Shown here: one piece after another, positions 11,575 through 24,960 of the stretch
How positions within the stretch are numbered: position 1 is the first letter of the stretch
How the letters are laid out: each line of letters begins with the position of its first letter
Assembly (NCBI GenBank): GCA_964035545.1
Contig: OZ037769.1
Coordinates: forward strand, 12,678,633-12,742,632
Reading direction: 5' to 3'
Length of the DNA stretch: 64,000 nt
Source of the DNA: Bugula neritina
Lineage: Eukaryota; Animalia; Bryozoa
Notes under the pieces: generated by a model
What the model saw: the letters and a program-made list of their open reading frames with translations, nothing else
What the model was told of the DNA's origin: nothing
Database searches by the model: none
Program-made: the position numbers and the translations under genes

Positions 11575-14500
11575 CTATATGGTAAGCAAACTATCTAAAG
11601 AAGAGTATCCTGTACTAGTAGATGACACCATGCTGCCATTCAACTGTGTGCTGCTGCCGTCATGCCGCAGAGGTCCGGGAATACGTGTAGGTGTAGAGGA
11701 GTTGGAATGTCGCCGATCTTTACGTGGGGAGGCTTGAAACGAAGTTCTTCTAGGCTTGTCCTCTGAACAGGAAGGTCCAGGTGTGCTGGGTCGTGAATAA
11801 GACCGAGACCTAGCAGTGTTGGGTAAAGACATGTGTCTATTTCTAGGCAGAGACATGGTCTTGCCTGGAGATGCCCGAGAGGAAGAACTGTCTCTAGATT
11901 CGGAACGTCTGCTTGACATTGTACGACTGCGGGACTGGCTCCGTGGCCGAGAAGAATGAGGATTTTGACCCTGCAAACTGTCTTTCCACTTTTTCCTGAG
12001 ATCATATGATGGACTTTTGGAACGTTCTAGAAGGCTCTTACATGAAGCAGTGCCAAGACTGTGCCGGGGTTTTCCAAGGCTCTAAAGTCATATAACAGTA
12101 CATACAAAGTGTTGTTTATTAAAGAGTTAATTTATCACACAATCACTTCATTTCCTAGCTTTGCAACATCTAAATGATGGAAAAAGTTGCATCAAATAAA
12201 ACCGCAACCATAAGTTAATGCAAACTGCAACTACAAATTCATTCATTTGAACAATGTGAAGCTATGGAGGCACAGTGAATATAACAATGGAACTATAGAA
12301 GTACATGCAAACATGAAGCTGTCAAATACTGCTACCAGTTACTGCCAATATTTACATACATCTAAAAATATAAAGAGTAACAATCTCAACAGTGTCCGCT
12401 CTTCAACAACTTCAATCTAAATTTGTACATAAATGAGGATATTTGAAAGGAAATTATTAATTTTGACGTGCTCTCTAATATACTTGATAGAACAATTAGT
12501 CTGAGTACAACAAAAAGTTACCTGTTTAGATTGTTTTAAAAATGATTTGTTAGTTTTGTTTGGAGGAATGTTTAAGGATGGGGATGAGTCATGGGAGTCA
12601 TCAATCACGTGTCGCCCAGTGTCATCTCTAGTAATTAGTAAGTCACTGCTGAGAAGATCAGTGGAACCTGATCTGCTACTGTAACACATAGAAAGCACTT
12701 GACATCAAGTGTCATATAAGCTGCTATATATTGTGTAAGACTGAAATCTTATTTAACTTGCAGGAGAATAAAGCTCAAACCAAATCTATTAAACTTCCAA
12801 AAGGTTTAAAAGTCCCACTTTATCAGCCCTTATTTGTAAATTAAAAACTGGGACTCACACCGTGTCAAGTTTGTAAACCGTAGATTAACATATTATAAAA
12901 TATAAAGAAACAAAGGTGCTTAGAAAATATTATATTAATCAAGTATTGTTAAACCCTACATATATATAGTGCGTAGAAATACCACTCTCACTGTCCTATA
13001 ACACCAGATTCATTTTCCTGAGACACATGTTTTTAATATGTTTTTTTGTTAAGAAAATGTGAGATGATTTTTGTATCTCCCATGCAAGAGAGTAAGTAAT
13101 GTTACCTTTCTCAGTATCAATGATTTGCTTCAGAATTCAGTTTCTTATCTACTTGCAGACTCACCTTTTAGTCTTTAAAGGTGTTGACGAGGCATCAGGG
13201 GATTCTAGAGAGGCCACACTCTTTGAACGAACTAGCAATGACTTCTCTCTAAACAAATGGTTTTTATTATCACATTTATAGATGCTGTATATATTTGAGC
13301 TACACGTAATGATGTAAAGGCGTGTTACCTTCTTCATGGACTATACTAATATAACTAAATAAATAATGTTATGTTGATGAACTGACTATAATTTTCTATA
13401 GACATCAATGTAAAGAGCTTTAATACTGTAAAAGTGTTAATATTCTAATAGCACAGATAACAGACGTAATAATATATTCAACAAAAAATATGTAAAGTAT
13501 ATTCTTGCTTTTTAATATATGCATTGTAAAAAATAAATGAACCTCGAAACAAAAATTATTTTTATGGTATGCTAGATGATTTATAATATAGCATTAAATA
13601 AATAATGATTTTTATTATGTGCATATATTATGATATACTAAATAATGTAGCAAAACAGTTATTCAGATTAAAATATTTGTAAAAACAGCTAATTTATATT
13701 ATTAGTAAATTTCCGCAGTATGTTTGAAAGCTTTTAATTTTTTTATTGTTTAAATATGCTCTATAAACTACAAGATGCTGAAAAGGGCAGTACAGTTTGA
13801 CATTAAATCTAAATTCAGATATATTTGCTGTAACAATGCCATAGCCAGCCATATTACATTTAAGTTTTATGGTACACAACATGGAATGACTAAATTAAAG
13901 TCAATTGTGTACTACATACCTTTTATCAGATGGACGGTCTTTATGGTTAGAAACTAAAGATTTTTGGCTTGAGGAATTTAGACTGGAGGGTTTTGAATTT
14001 GAAGATTTGCGTGCCCTTGGCGCAGTTGTGTTGTGAGTTTCTATAACCAAAACAAAACTCAACATTTTATAATCTATATTACAATAAGATATGTGCTAAT
14101 ATGCAACAGTTAAAAATAAGTATTATATTACACTATATTTTGGATGCAGAATAATTACTAGTGGAACAAAAGTGATGTAATTTATTTTTGCTTCTATTTG
14201 AAGTTATATTTCCAGTATAATTTATTTGAGCAGGATAAAAGAAATAAAGATAAAACTATTAAATTCAGTTTTGCCAAAGATTATTAGAAAATCAATTCAA
14301 AATAAATATGTGAACTGATTACATAATGCGTTCAATTCCTTTTTATAATATATACTTCAGGAATAGTACAGCTCATAAACTTTAGCCTTAGACTCTAGAG
14401 AAAGAAGTTTGAAACCAAGTTTTAAATATATTTGAACATTTAGATAAAAATGTCAGCATCTATCAGCGTGAGAACCTACACTAGCATTCATATAAGCACT

Positions 14501-17500
14501 ATACTTACTGCAACAGCGACATGGGTCATGTTTATCCAGGTAATGCTCTAAGGTATCCCAGCCTCCTCCAACTCTAATCATCACATGATTGCGTAATATC
14601 TGCAAGTATAAAGGTCATATAGGTCTATTTATAGCAATTAAACAGAAGGCATATATATTCTATTTCAAGCGCATTTGGGCCATGGTAAGTCCATTTTTCT
14701 CGATTTTACTAAAGCAGTTGCATATACTCTATAAAAACCTCTAAATCATTGCATAATTATTGCTTTTCTCTTTAAAAATACCTTACAAACACAATTATTT
14801 AAAATTTAAATTCCTTGGGTAAAAATTGTTTGAAACCTTTAATTTTTCTTAGACAGGCTTGAGAACTGCAGAAAATGTGCAGATATGTTGGAGCTATTGC
14901 ATCTTTTGTAATTTTGCAGGGAGGGGTACGTTATGTCATAACTTTCTGAAACTAAACCAGGACAACTTAGTTTATTGCTTGTTCTAGATTTGTCACAGTA
15001 TAACTAACTATGATCATCAGAATAAAGGTTACTATATGAAAGGCCTATATATTATGCTAAATGTATAATTGATCATAATTGATCCCTAATATTCATAATA
15101 AGTATAATAATATACATATAAAATAATGTTTTTGGTGTTGTGATGTTTGGAATGGTTATATTTAAACCTATTTTATATACGCATAAAATATTAATTAATC
15201 ATTCATTGCCTTATATTAATCTGATGGTAAATGACAGAACTTTTACGTTGGACTAGTTTACGTACTAATTATTTCAACACAAGTAAAGCTAACTCCTTCG
15301 CCCAACTGATATAATAATTAGAAGTTGTCTTCTCTACATCTGACTACCCTTATGATATAGCAATGTGCCAATAAGTCACATTCTTGCCAGCTTTAAGGAC
15401 TGATTGAGATGATAAATGTATAGATTATTCAGTGAGTCACGTTTCGTAGTGATAGTTGTATTATTTTTGTCATAATAGCTATAGCTTTACAGTTGATACA
15501 TGAGCAAATGACTCAATGCATATACAGCTATTGATGGGTGTTTGTGTCAGACTAACATTGTATTATTATCTAGATTTGTCTATTTAACGATTTAACTATT
15601 GCTAGTTTTTACGCCACCCTGTACACACTTTAAATGATATTTTATTTCAAACAATCCTACAGAGTTCTGACTTTTCCAATTTTGTTCATATCTACTTCTT
15701 AAGACCAGTATTTACATTGAATTTCACAACATGCTTCCATGTTTATGATATTTAATAAATAAATAAATCAATCAATCAATCCATCAATCAATCAGTTAAT
15801 CTTTTAGCTAGTTGTCAAGCAAAACCAATGCCTTCAAATAAACGTTCAATAGCAGCAGAACATAATTTGAAATGATGTGATTAGCATCACTAAAATATGC
15901 ATTGAATTTTGTATAAATGCTCAAAAAGTGACATAACACTAAACCCAAGTTATATAGGGTTTTGGCAGGTAGCCAAGTTTAAAGTAGAATTGGTGACTAA
16001 AGGAAGCTGACTTACTCTAACGAAAACAACATTCTGTGTGAAGCCAATCCTGTACTTGCCTCTCGAAACGTTTACCAGAGGAAACTGCTTTGGACATGTG
16101 CATCTCTGTACAACACTCTGAACCTGCAACCACAGAGGAGAATGGTGGTAGCAGAACTATCATATACAACACAATGGTTGTAGTTGAACTATATACAAGG
16201 CAATGGTGGGGGTAGAACTATATACAAGACAATGGTGGTAGTAGAACTGTAGAGAACAATGGTGGTGGTAGTAGAACTATACAGGATAATGGTGGTGATG
16301 GAACCACAGAACCAGATTATTCATTGTTATGTAACATAGTATCGAGTGGACTATAACAATGTACTATGTAAATACTAAACACAATAAAACAATAAACCAT
16401 AGTGCGTCCTATATTATGTATCCAAACAGAATAAAGCAACATATTGCACTATTTTTGAGTTGGAGACTTTTTTACAGCCTGAAAATACCAACTCTTGCAT
16501 AACCAAAGTAAGTTTTCCACTTCAGGGTTTTCTACTTAAAAACTTATTTACCTTCAGCCATTGCAAAAAATGCTACTAGTAATTGAGCACAGAAAACTTA
16601 TATGCATTTCTGCAGAACTTCTCATAATATGTCTGGTAATATGACGGAGTTGAAGGTAAGCAGTGTGTTGAAAGCTACATGTTGTAACTTTAAAAAGTTT
16701 TTGTAACTGTACTCAAATTTTGCAGGTGTTATCAATGAGTTTCTGTCAGTAAATTCTCCGTATTGAGTACAATTACATTCACGGTGTTTGAGAAACCAAG
16801 TGTAGTGGTTGATAAGATCTTTATAGCTTCTATTTTTGTATTTGCAAATATGATTTGTAACATTTTTATACTCGATTGACCCACAGTATTTGCACAACAC
16901 TTGATTAAGATAATTGTTTAATAAGGTTTGCTCAAATTAACTTGAGTGACAGGTTTTAAAAACAGGATTGATTAAGCACAAGATAATATTTACTGTTGAA
17001 AAATGTTGATGCTATTTAAAAGAACAATTAAATTTAGTTTCTACCAATACTTTAGCATTCAACCATGTGCATAGTATTATATTAGAGCAAACCATGTCTG
17101 CATGTTTTTATGCACTAAGCCATTGCCAAACCATGACTGCTAAGAGAAACATGCTTTGATTTTTATCATTGTAAGACACCATAATTAACTCTTGCTAGGC
17201 TTAGCAGCACCCCATACATGCATGAAATACTAGACTAAGAACAGCTGTATATGATTGTAACATAATGCACTTTTCAAAATGAATTTAACATACATGCACG
17301 AGTTTAACTAGAGTCAAAGTTGACTATGTGAAGTGTTAGTTCTATGCCCTCAAATAATAAGGTGGCGAGTGAATAGTATACAAACACATGGAGCCTCATA
17401 TTTCTAAGAACTAAGGCTATTGAACTTATATTTAAGACGCTCAAATTTTTTACTCATTTCACAATTGAATGTAACTAATAAACAAACCGAAAGTAAGAAA

Positions 17501-20500
17501 TATTATAATTCTAAAAACACAGCTATATTTACCTGACAACTAAATTGCTAAAATTGAATAATGATGATTAATATTTATCACATTACTAAAGTATCTTTAA
17601 AATTTATCCTAAGACTAAATACAAATATATGCAAATTTAAGAGACCATGAGCTGATAGGGTAAATCTTGTGTAACTATTGTAATCTAGTTACTCTGTGCA
17701 TATCTTGTTAAAGCATCAAAGAATGTCCAAAGGTTTTATACATATTTTTTACAATTGAGTTATAGCTTTGCTAACTGGTTAGTGCTCTTTAAATGTCTCG
17801 TATGCATACAGTTTGATATTTCATATTAATCAATCAGAAAAGAAATGCATATATTATTTGTGTTAACAGGCAAGCCTCTACCATTAGATAATTCAGTTAA
17901 TACGCTATTTGCAGCCTATATAGACGCTAGAATTGTTAGCAAGGCCAAGATAGCCTCAAGGGAAGGATATCATCAATAAATTTAGGGCGTCTCATGAGTT
18001 CCAACTGACTTTGCAAATTGTAAAGCTGCCCTAAATAAATTTGGGCATTAATATAATAATTATAAGTCGTAAGTGGTAATATACATTTTGGAGTTGTGGT
18101 AACATTAAATTGCGGAATAATCTAGAAGCATTTAACGTTACTTTTTTTTCAAGGAGCAGCCGTGGTCTAGAGGTTAAAGCCTTTGCTTAGTGAACACGAA
18201 GTTATGGGTTTGAACCCTGGCAAAGGCCATTGGTGATGTTAGGAAGAGCATCCGCCATCCAGTCATAATTGCTCCTGTGCTTCATCTGAACAAGCCCTTA
18301 GCCCGCTTTAACAAAAACCCCTTCCATCAGGGGTTTCTCACAGGGATAGCGACTATAAACTTGCGTGACTTTTATTTAAAGTTACTTTTCTTAGAAAACT
18401 TATAATTGCAGCAGAGGCACTGACTTTTTATTATTCATTCAAAATTGTCTAATGTTCCCCTTTCGCTTTTTATGTTTGATTGATTGGATAGTTTTTTGAT
18501 GCATTAATGAATTTCTTGTCTGCTTTTAGCCAACTGACATACCCATTCATCCAAACTAGCTTTGTCACTGTCAGTGTCACTAATCATGGCCGTTGTGTCA
18601 GCAATTAAACTTCCTTCACTGTTTCTTCTTCCTTCCTCTCTCTTCATCTTCTGCTCCATTTCATCAATCTCCTGCTCGAACTGAACTAGCATAGGGGCAA
18701 GCATGCCATACCTGGCTCCTCGCCTGGCTACCTGGCAATGAACCACAACATCTGACATGAGGAGAGGGTTACCTTGACCTTCACCTTACCGCCAAATTAC
18801 TTTAATATTACAGGAAAATCTTGTTGAATTCATATTAACTGAAGCCTATGATGAAGTCCCAGTAGTTTGATTGCCCTAATTGTTCAACATTATAGACAAG
18901 CAGTTTTCTACTTATAAACTGAAGTTATATACTATAATATACTTAAAGTCGCTGTAGTATTTACAATCCTTTAAAATCTTCCCCGTGAAACCATTAAAGC
19001 TATAAAACATGGAGTTTATTTCAGTGGCTAAAAAAGCTGTAGGCCAGAAAATCCTGCTACATTTCTGACTAAGGTATTGGTTGACCACCCTAAATTTGAA
19101 TAAAGGCTGCGAGAACACTGGTTATACAAAAAAGGGGATTTAGTATTATACTGCAATAAAAGACTGGTACAATGATAAATCTAAATATAGCAAGCATTTG
19201 CTATTTATATGTAAGATAAAACTGCAATACATCATCATGCAGTGTTACAGGTATACAGGTGTTGTTGTACATAATAATATCTATATATATAATATCTTGT
19301 ATGACTCATCATCTAGATTTGCAAAATCCAAGCTTACTTTGTAATTTATATGCCTTGCATAGCTGCAGAAAATATCAATAAATGATGTTATATAAAACAT
19401 GATCATGTTACCCTTGGGATTACATTCAATTACATTAATCTATAATATTAATATATTAAATATAACTGCCATGACTCATCACAAGTCTAACTCATGCATA
19501 CAACTGTTTGATATAAAAGCTATTCAGGATTTAACAAGTAGATGTAGATTATGGATGCTAAGCGACACACTAGCCTAGACATTAATGTCTAGTTTATGCT
19601 TAAACATTGTCTCCTAAAGTTATGGGCAATTATTACATTGGAAAAGAGTTTCTCTTATTGGAACTACGCAACAGAACCTATAGTTCAACTGTTATTATAA
19701 GTAAAGTAAGATTAGTGTTGTCACTGCAGGACAATTTAATGGGGGAAAAGCCGTTTTATTTAAAACTGCTACAAATTGCCCTTATTACACAACATAAAAC
19801 ATATTTTACTACAACTCTTTTGGATTATAAACTATTTGATACAAGCCACAACCAAAGAATTGCTCTATAAGCAGCTCCTAGTAAAGAACTGGTAAAGAAC
19901 TGCTTCAGTTTGGGGTTCTCAAGTTTGAAGTTAGGTCCTTCAACTTCAAACTTGAGAACCCCAAGCTACTGCACTCAATCACCCCAACTCTAAGCTGCTT
20001 ATAGAACAATTCGTAGCCAAAACAGCTAAACAAAGTCTGTGGTACATCTCTTTCAACCAAAAATATGAGTTTACTAAAATTGATAAAAAAAATCTATTTC
20101 GGAAAGCCTTTTGCACACTGCACTAACTGCAGTCCTTACTACCCAGTTCTAGACACGTACTAATGTATTGCACTGTCATGCTTGATTAATGGTTTACTTA
20201 TTCAATAAAATTTATTGATTGCAGTTTTAAAATGCTGTAGATCTACCGGTTAGACTGTTCCTTGACTATAAAACACAATTCAGTTAGTCCAACATAATAA
20301 TTGATAGTTATTTTATTATTTTATTGTGTTAGAAAACATGCAAATATAGATATCAAAACATGAATAAGCGCTTATATTTTTAAGTAATTTTATTGCTTTT
20401 ATTTAAAGAGAAACCAAACTTTTACTTTTACTCTTGCTATGCACTACGGATCACAGATTTATAAAGAACAGCCTTAAAGCTACTACTATTACTAAATGAA

Positions 20501-23420
20501 TTTTCACTCAGTATGTTTTAGTAGATATTTAAGTGCTGTAATTACGAGAGTCGCCTATAGTTCCTAGTATTTCAGACAACATTCAGAGGGTTTGTAAAGC
20601 ATTCCTCTGTAACTTAGCTGTTTGGATTGACTGCTATTGAAGTAGAATGAGATCTTCATTGTGATACTAACAATTAAGTATATCTTGATGGCACGTATCA
20701 ATAGATTATGCCATTTTATTAGCTAAAGGAGCATTTTGATATTGTGTTGGCTGCTTAATAGTTATTTGGAAAGTAATGATATTAACTATAATAATTTTAA
20801 ACATAAAAAAGCTTGTTTTAAAATCTGCCAGTATATATGAAACCTAAAACATCAAGGTCTAAAAATTAAACATGTTGAGAAATTTAAAATAAAGCATGAT
20901 TTCAAAAAATGTTTAAAAGATTTGATAATGATTTTTGAATTGGACTGTGCATGTTTAAAGAGCCTTTGAAAACAAGCTTGCATTTTACAAAACCCAAACT
21001 AGGTTACAAGTTGTAGCCTTAGCCTATAAATTCACAGATATGAGCAACTATTTGATGAGCCCTGAGATGTCTCCCCATACCTAGCCTACCTCGAGTAAAC
21101 ACAGAACTACATTCTTCTCATTCTTCATCATAACCAGGTCATCAGACTCAAAGAGCAACACGTCATTCACTCCCAGATGGTTCTTAACCCAGTTGATAAA
21201 GTTGGCCAAATTATCCCTTGCTTGAAAACTGCCGGCTTTTGCTCCAGTCCTACAAATATATTTCGTGTGATTACATAATTACAATTACTTACACTAATTC
21301 AATATTTTAAAAACATGACATTTTACTTTTTTGTGCCGTATTTTAAAAACTAATATATAGGTCTAGCCCTTAAAAATAAAAAAGGAAATTTATTAATTAG
21401 AGTCATTTAAGTTAACAAAAGCCAGCTTAATAACTCAAAATATAGCTTTAAGTGAAATAAAGGTGCATGAAGATGAAGGCTGATGAGTTTTCTTTCTGAA
21501 GTTGACAGCTACAGTGACTAGACATAATAAAATTTCTATAGATGCATCTGGCCAGTTTTATTTGTAAAATACAGTAAGTATTGGATTATAAGGGAGTTTT
21601 ATTTTATGGACAGTAAGCATTGTGAATTACTATAGTCATAGCTAGACTGCACCTCTAATGCAGCTTTTTAACAGCAAGAATTTCTACTGGACCATCATTG
21701 TTTTGAATTCGTGAGTTAAACAGAAGGGGTATTAATTGGGCTTCTAAGTTAATTCTAAAGTGAGAAATTTATATAAATGCAGGGCTGATTACAGGTGATT
21801 TGAAAACAAAGGTGTATGCTTGTATTTCTTATCAAAGCATCAGTCTTTTGTGCTAGTTCTAATGCCAATGCTGAATATATGGGAAGTTGTGTAAGCAAAC
21901 ACAAAACTTCTTTTAAGCGAGTCTTATTTATAGTTCTATTAATTTTATTTTAGGTACAGTAGGCAGAGGCCTAAAAGTAGCAGCTCTGCAGGCCCTCAGG
22001 GGTAGTCTACTAAACTTGAGGGTAAAAATGCCTGCGTAAGTTTTTAGGGATTGATTTTAATTTAATGGATGAAAAGAATAATAATCCATGCAGCATGTTT
22101 GTAACCAATTATAAAATGATAGGTTGTGCTTCTATTAATGGAAAATTTGCTTTTAAATTAGCTACAACTAATTCGCTATGCTAAAGTATGTATAATTTAT
22201 GATAATTTTAGAGAGTAGAGTGCAAGCAGCCTATATATAGAGGCCAAACACTCGTAACATGAATGTAATCAGGGCTGCTATTGAAACTAAGAATTGTTTA
22301 GCCACTCTACTCCGCCAAACCCAGGGCCAGCAGCGTGATAAGTTAAAGTCAGATTCATTTTAAGCCCTAAGAATGACACTAATGCAAAAGTTCCATTAAT
22401 TTAAATTTCGGCAGACTACTGCATTTTATCAAATAGCTGTTTGGACTCTAGTTGTTACATAATCCGATACGTCTGCAGAATAAACTACAGAGACAAAGTA
22501 CATGCTACTACTGCTATTCGTGCAGTATCATAGTCTATTAACTGCTTTACTAGACAAGCCAGCAGACTTTGTTTATGCTAACTTGAACAACATACACCCC
22601 ACATGTTGATACTATATCGTGAACCTTGACTTTTTCAACCCTTGTTTATGTACCTTAACATGATTTGGCTGGCATTGGCTTAGAAAGAATGTAGAATTGG
22701 CAATACATATATTCCAAAATCTTCACAAGTATGTGATGTCAAAGCTGCAGCTTCGGCAGCAGTGCCACTGCCATTTAGTAATAAAGTTGTAGTATAGTTG
22801 ATATAGCAATGGCTGTCGCTGAGATCAAAAGATTGATTGATACAGAATTGTCTTCATTGAAGGACATCTTCAGTAAATTAAAGAAGGTCAACAACCAAGT
22901 CACATTATGATGAGTGGTTTAATGATTTTAGTAAAATTCTAAACTCATTTGCCTAAGTTCTTTAGATCAAGCACTTTTCAAGGGGAGGAGTTTTGATGAT
23001 CTATTTCTGTACCTATTATAATGGAATAACACTAAGTTTATAAACATCTGTGCTGCCGTTAGACTTTAGACAACCAACAAACCTGTAAGCAATGTTTGGT
23101 ATCTGCTTCCCTGTGTCTCCAGCAGCCTCTATGTATGATTTCACATTATTTGCGTGCAGACAAAGAAAGCTGCCATCTTGAAGATTGTCAAGCAGATTGT
23201 CAGCGGTGAGATTTGTGCTGTAGAGGTCATTGAACCAGACAGCGAGGTCTTCTCTCATGGCGTACAGATACGCATCTCGGCTGTGATACGGCCTCACAGA
23301 GCTTTTCTTATCCAGGCGGTGCAGACTGTGCGTGGGAGATATTGGACTATGTGGAGAAGGGGGAGAACTGACTGTAGAGCTCAGCGACTCACAATCAATG
23401 CTATCTAATGGTGTAGTCAT
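11575..23420 (-). CDS. GAS2L: GAS2-like protein (calponin-homology + GAR domain, Ser/Arg-rich tail)
   Basis: Nine coding exons: 23420-23083, 21249-21090, 18731-18543, 16123-16016, 14599-14509, 14040-13920, 13248-13165, ~12680-12522, 12081-11575. CH domain ([17 protein letters not shown]...[15 protein letters not shown]...LFESDDLV...[32 protein letters not shown]), GAR domain ([20 protein letters not shown]...[33 protein letters not shown]) and a TRIP (SxIP-like) motif near the C-terminus. Confidence 0.95.
16140..16305. repeat. ~30-bp minisatellite, about 6 units
   Basis: Repeated AATGGTGGTAGTAGAACTATATACAAGAC-like units next to the GAR-exon acceptor. Confidence 0.8.
18153..18377 (+). mobile_element. 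SINE family B, near full-length copy (about 225 bp)
   Basis: tRNA-like head GGAGCAGCCGTGGTCTAGAGGTTAAAGC...GGGTTTGAACCC (boxes A and B), shared core and T-rich tail; GTTACTTTT on both flanks may be a target-site duplication. Confidence 0.85.
19857..20012. repeat. Nested inverted repeat (foldback / MITE-like) in a GAS2-like intron
   Basis: Outer 20-bp arms GAATTGCTCTATAAGCAGCT / AGCTGCTTATAGAACAATTC (1 mismatch); inner perfect 23-bp arms 19910-19932 and 19942-19964 with a 9-nt loop. Confidence 0.85.
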
Positions 23421-24698
23421 TGATCTCTTCAGTGCTTCTCTGATTACATCACATCTTAGTCAGCTGCATGCAAGCCTTGCAGTTACTATTAATACATCAA
23501 AGGAAGGGGATGATTACTGTAGATCTCATAGCTAAGACATGATTCATAGTATCCTACTACGTCATCACGCAGTTATAAACTAATTACATATAATATAAAC
23601 TATGAACTAACATTGCCCATGCTTTAAGTAGAGGTGTGCTGATTACAAAATTAGCATTAGTTTAAGTATGAACCAGTGAATTGATGATAGTAAAACTGAC
23701 AAATATAAGTTGATTACTATCTTTGGTGGTGAAAAACAAATACGTTAAAATATCTATAGAGCGGTTAGTGGAAAGCAGTTGAACACTAGTTAGCTGTTAC
23801 TAATAAAGCAAGCTTAAGATATCAAAAACTAACGGGATAGTCAAGAGGGATAGAATCACATGCGTGGTTATTTCTCTACTTCTTATTGATCTGGAGTTAA
23901 GCAGTAACCGATTTGCCCAAGTTACTGCAGCATATTCATGGAGAGTGCCAGTAAATGATGTCAAAATAATGTTAATCAATCTTCATAAAATGCATTTGAT
24001 ATCCCAGTTGACTTGAGGGATGAAAGGCTATGCATGGCAGTAAGTGTTGATAAACCCGGACTAAACTTAGTATAGCAGTGTACACAGCTACTGTAAGACT
24101 AGGACTATATATAAGATATATCAGCCCGATATTGAATATGGTTATATAACTATAACTATAAGGACTATGAATGTAAAGGCACATTGATTAGTATACCAGA
24201 TAGATATTTTGATGTCTTTTTACACATTTCTGAGCACTTAACCACAATTTAATGAGACATCCTGCTTTTTGGGTGCGTAAATGCTGTAAACTTGCTCTCC
24301 ATTAGTGTGGGTTTATTTGAAACCATAGATTAAAAGCCAGATAAATCTATCATTATGTGGTTGCTGGTGTGGTTTACACCATTCTAATTTTTTATCTTTG
24401 TAACTGAAACTTCACTAATAATCCTAATAACTTGACCTGAAACTCATATCAACAAGAAGATAGATCGTAATAGGAACTTCAAACAAGAGTGTGATGATAG
24501 CGTATATAATGCTAAAAAACCTTAATTTAACATCATGCAATTTTTGCCAACTTGAAAACCTGTCATTTGATAATAATATAATCATCGCTCTTCTAAAGCT
24601 TACCTTAGACCGAGTTTCTGCCAGCCTATTGATACTTCTCTAGTTAATGTATCCTGCTGATTTTACCTGCAGATTCAAAAACTGAATAACTGACTCAC

Positions 24699-24960
24699 AG
24701 AGGCTTCCCTTAACAATTAAAGCTGGGTTTGTGTTGGTATAGCGTAAGGCTGCGCGGCTAACGGTCTCCTATAAGCCATGTCTGTTGGCGTAATGCACTT
24801 ATCAGTATTATACATCGCCGTAAAATAATATTATATCTAATCAATGACGAATCCACGCTCGAGCAGCCTTGCAACTGTAACCGCGGCTCGATACGGCTAT
24901 GCTACTGTAAAGTCCCTATTTTAGCCACTTTCCAAAGAATCGCGGTAGGATTGTAGGTTA
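24699..24960 (-). promoter_or_regulatory. Probable promoter / non-coding first exon of the GAS2-like gene
   Basis: Locally CpG-rich patch in otherwise CpG-poor DNA, ending at a minus-strand GTGAGT donor (24698-24693). A CAG acceptor lies about 45 nt upstream of the ATG at 23420. Confidence 0.4.

Noticed and set aside
16622-16900. 92-aa Cys-containing intronic ORF
   Set aside because: GTG start, no coherent domain pattern, and the GAS2-like exons on either side already join in frame without it.
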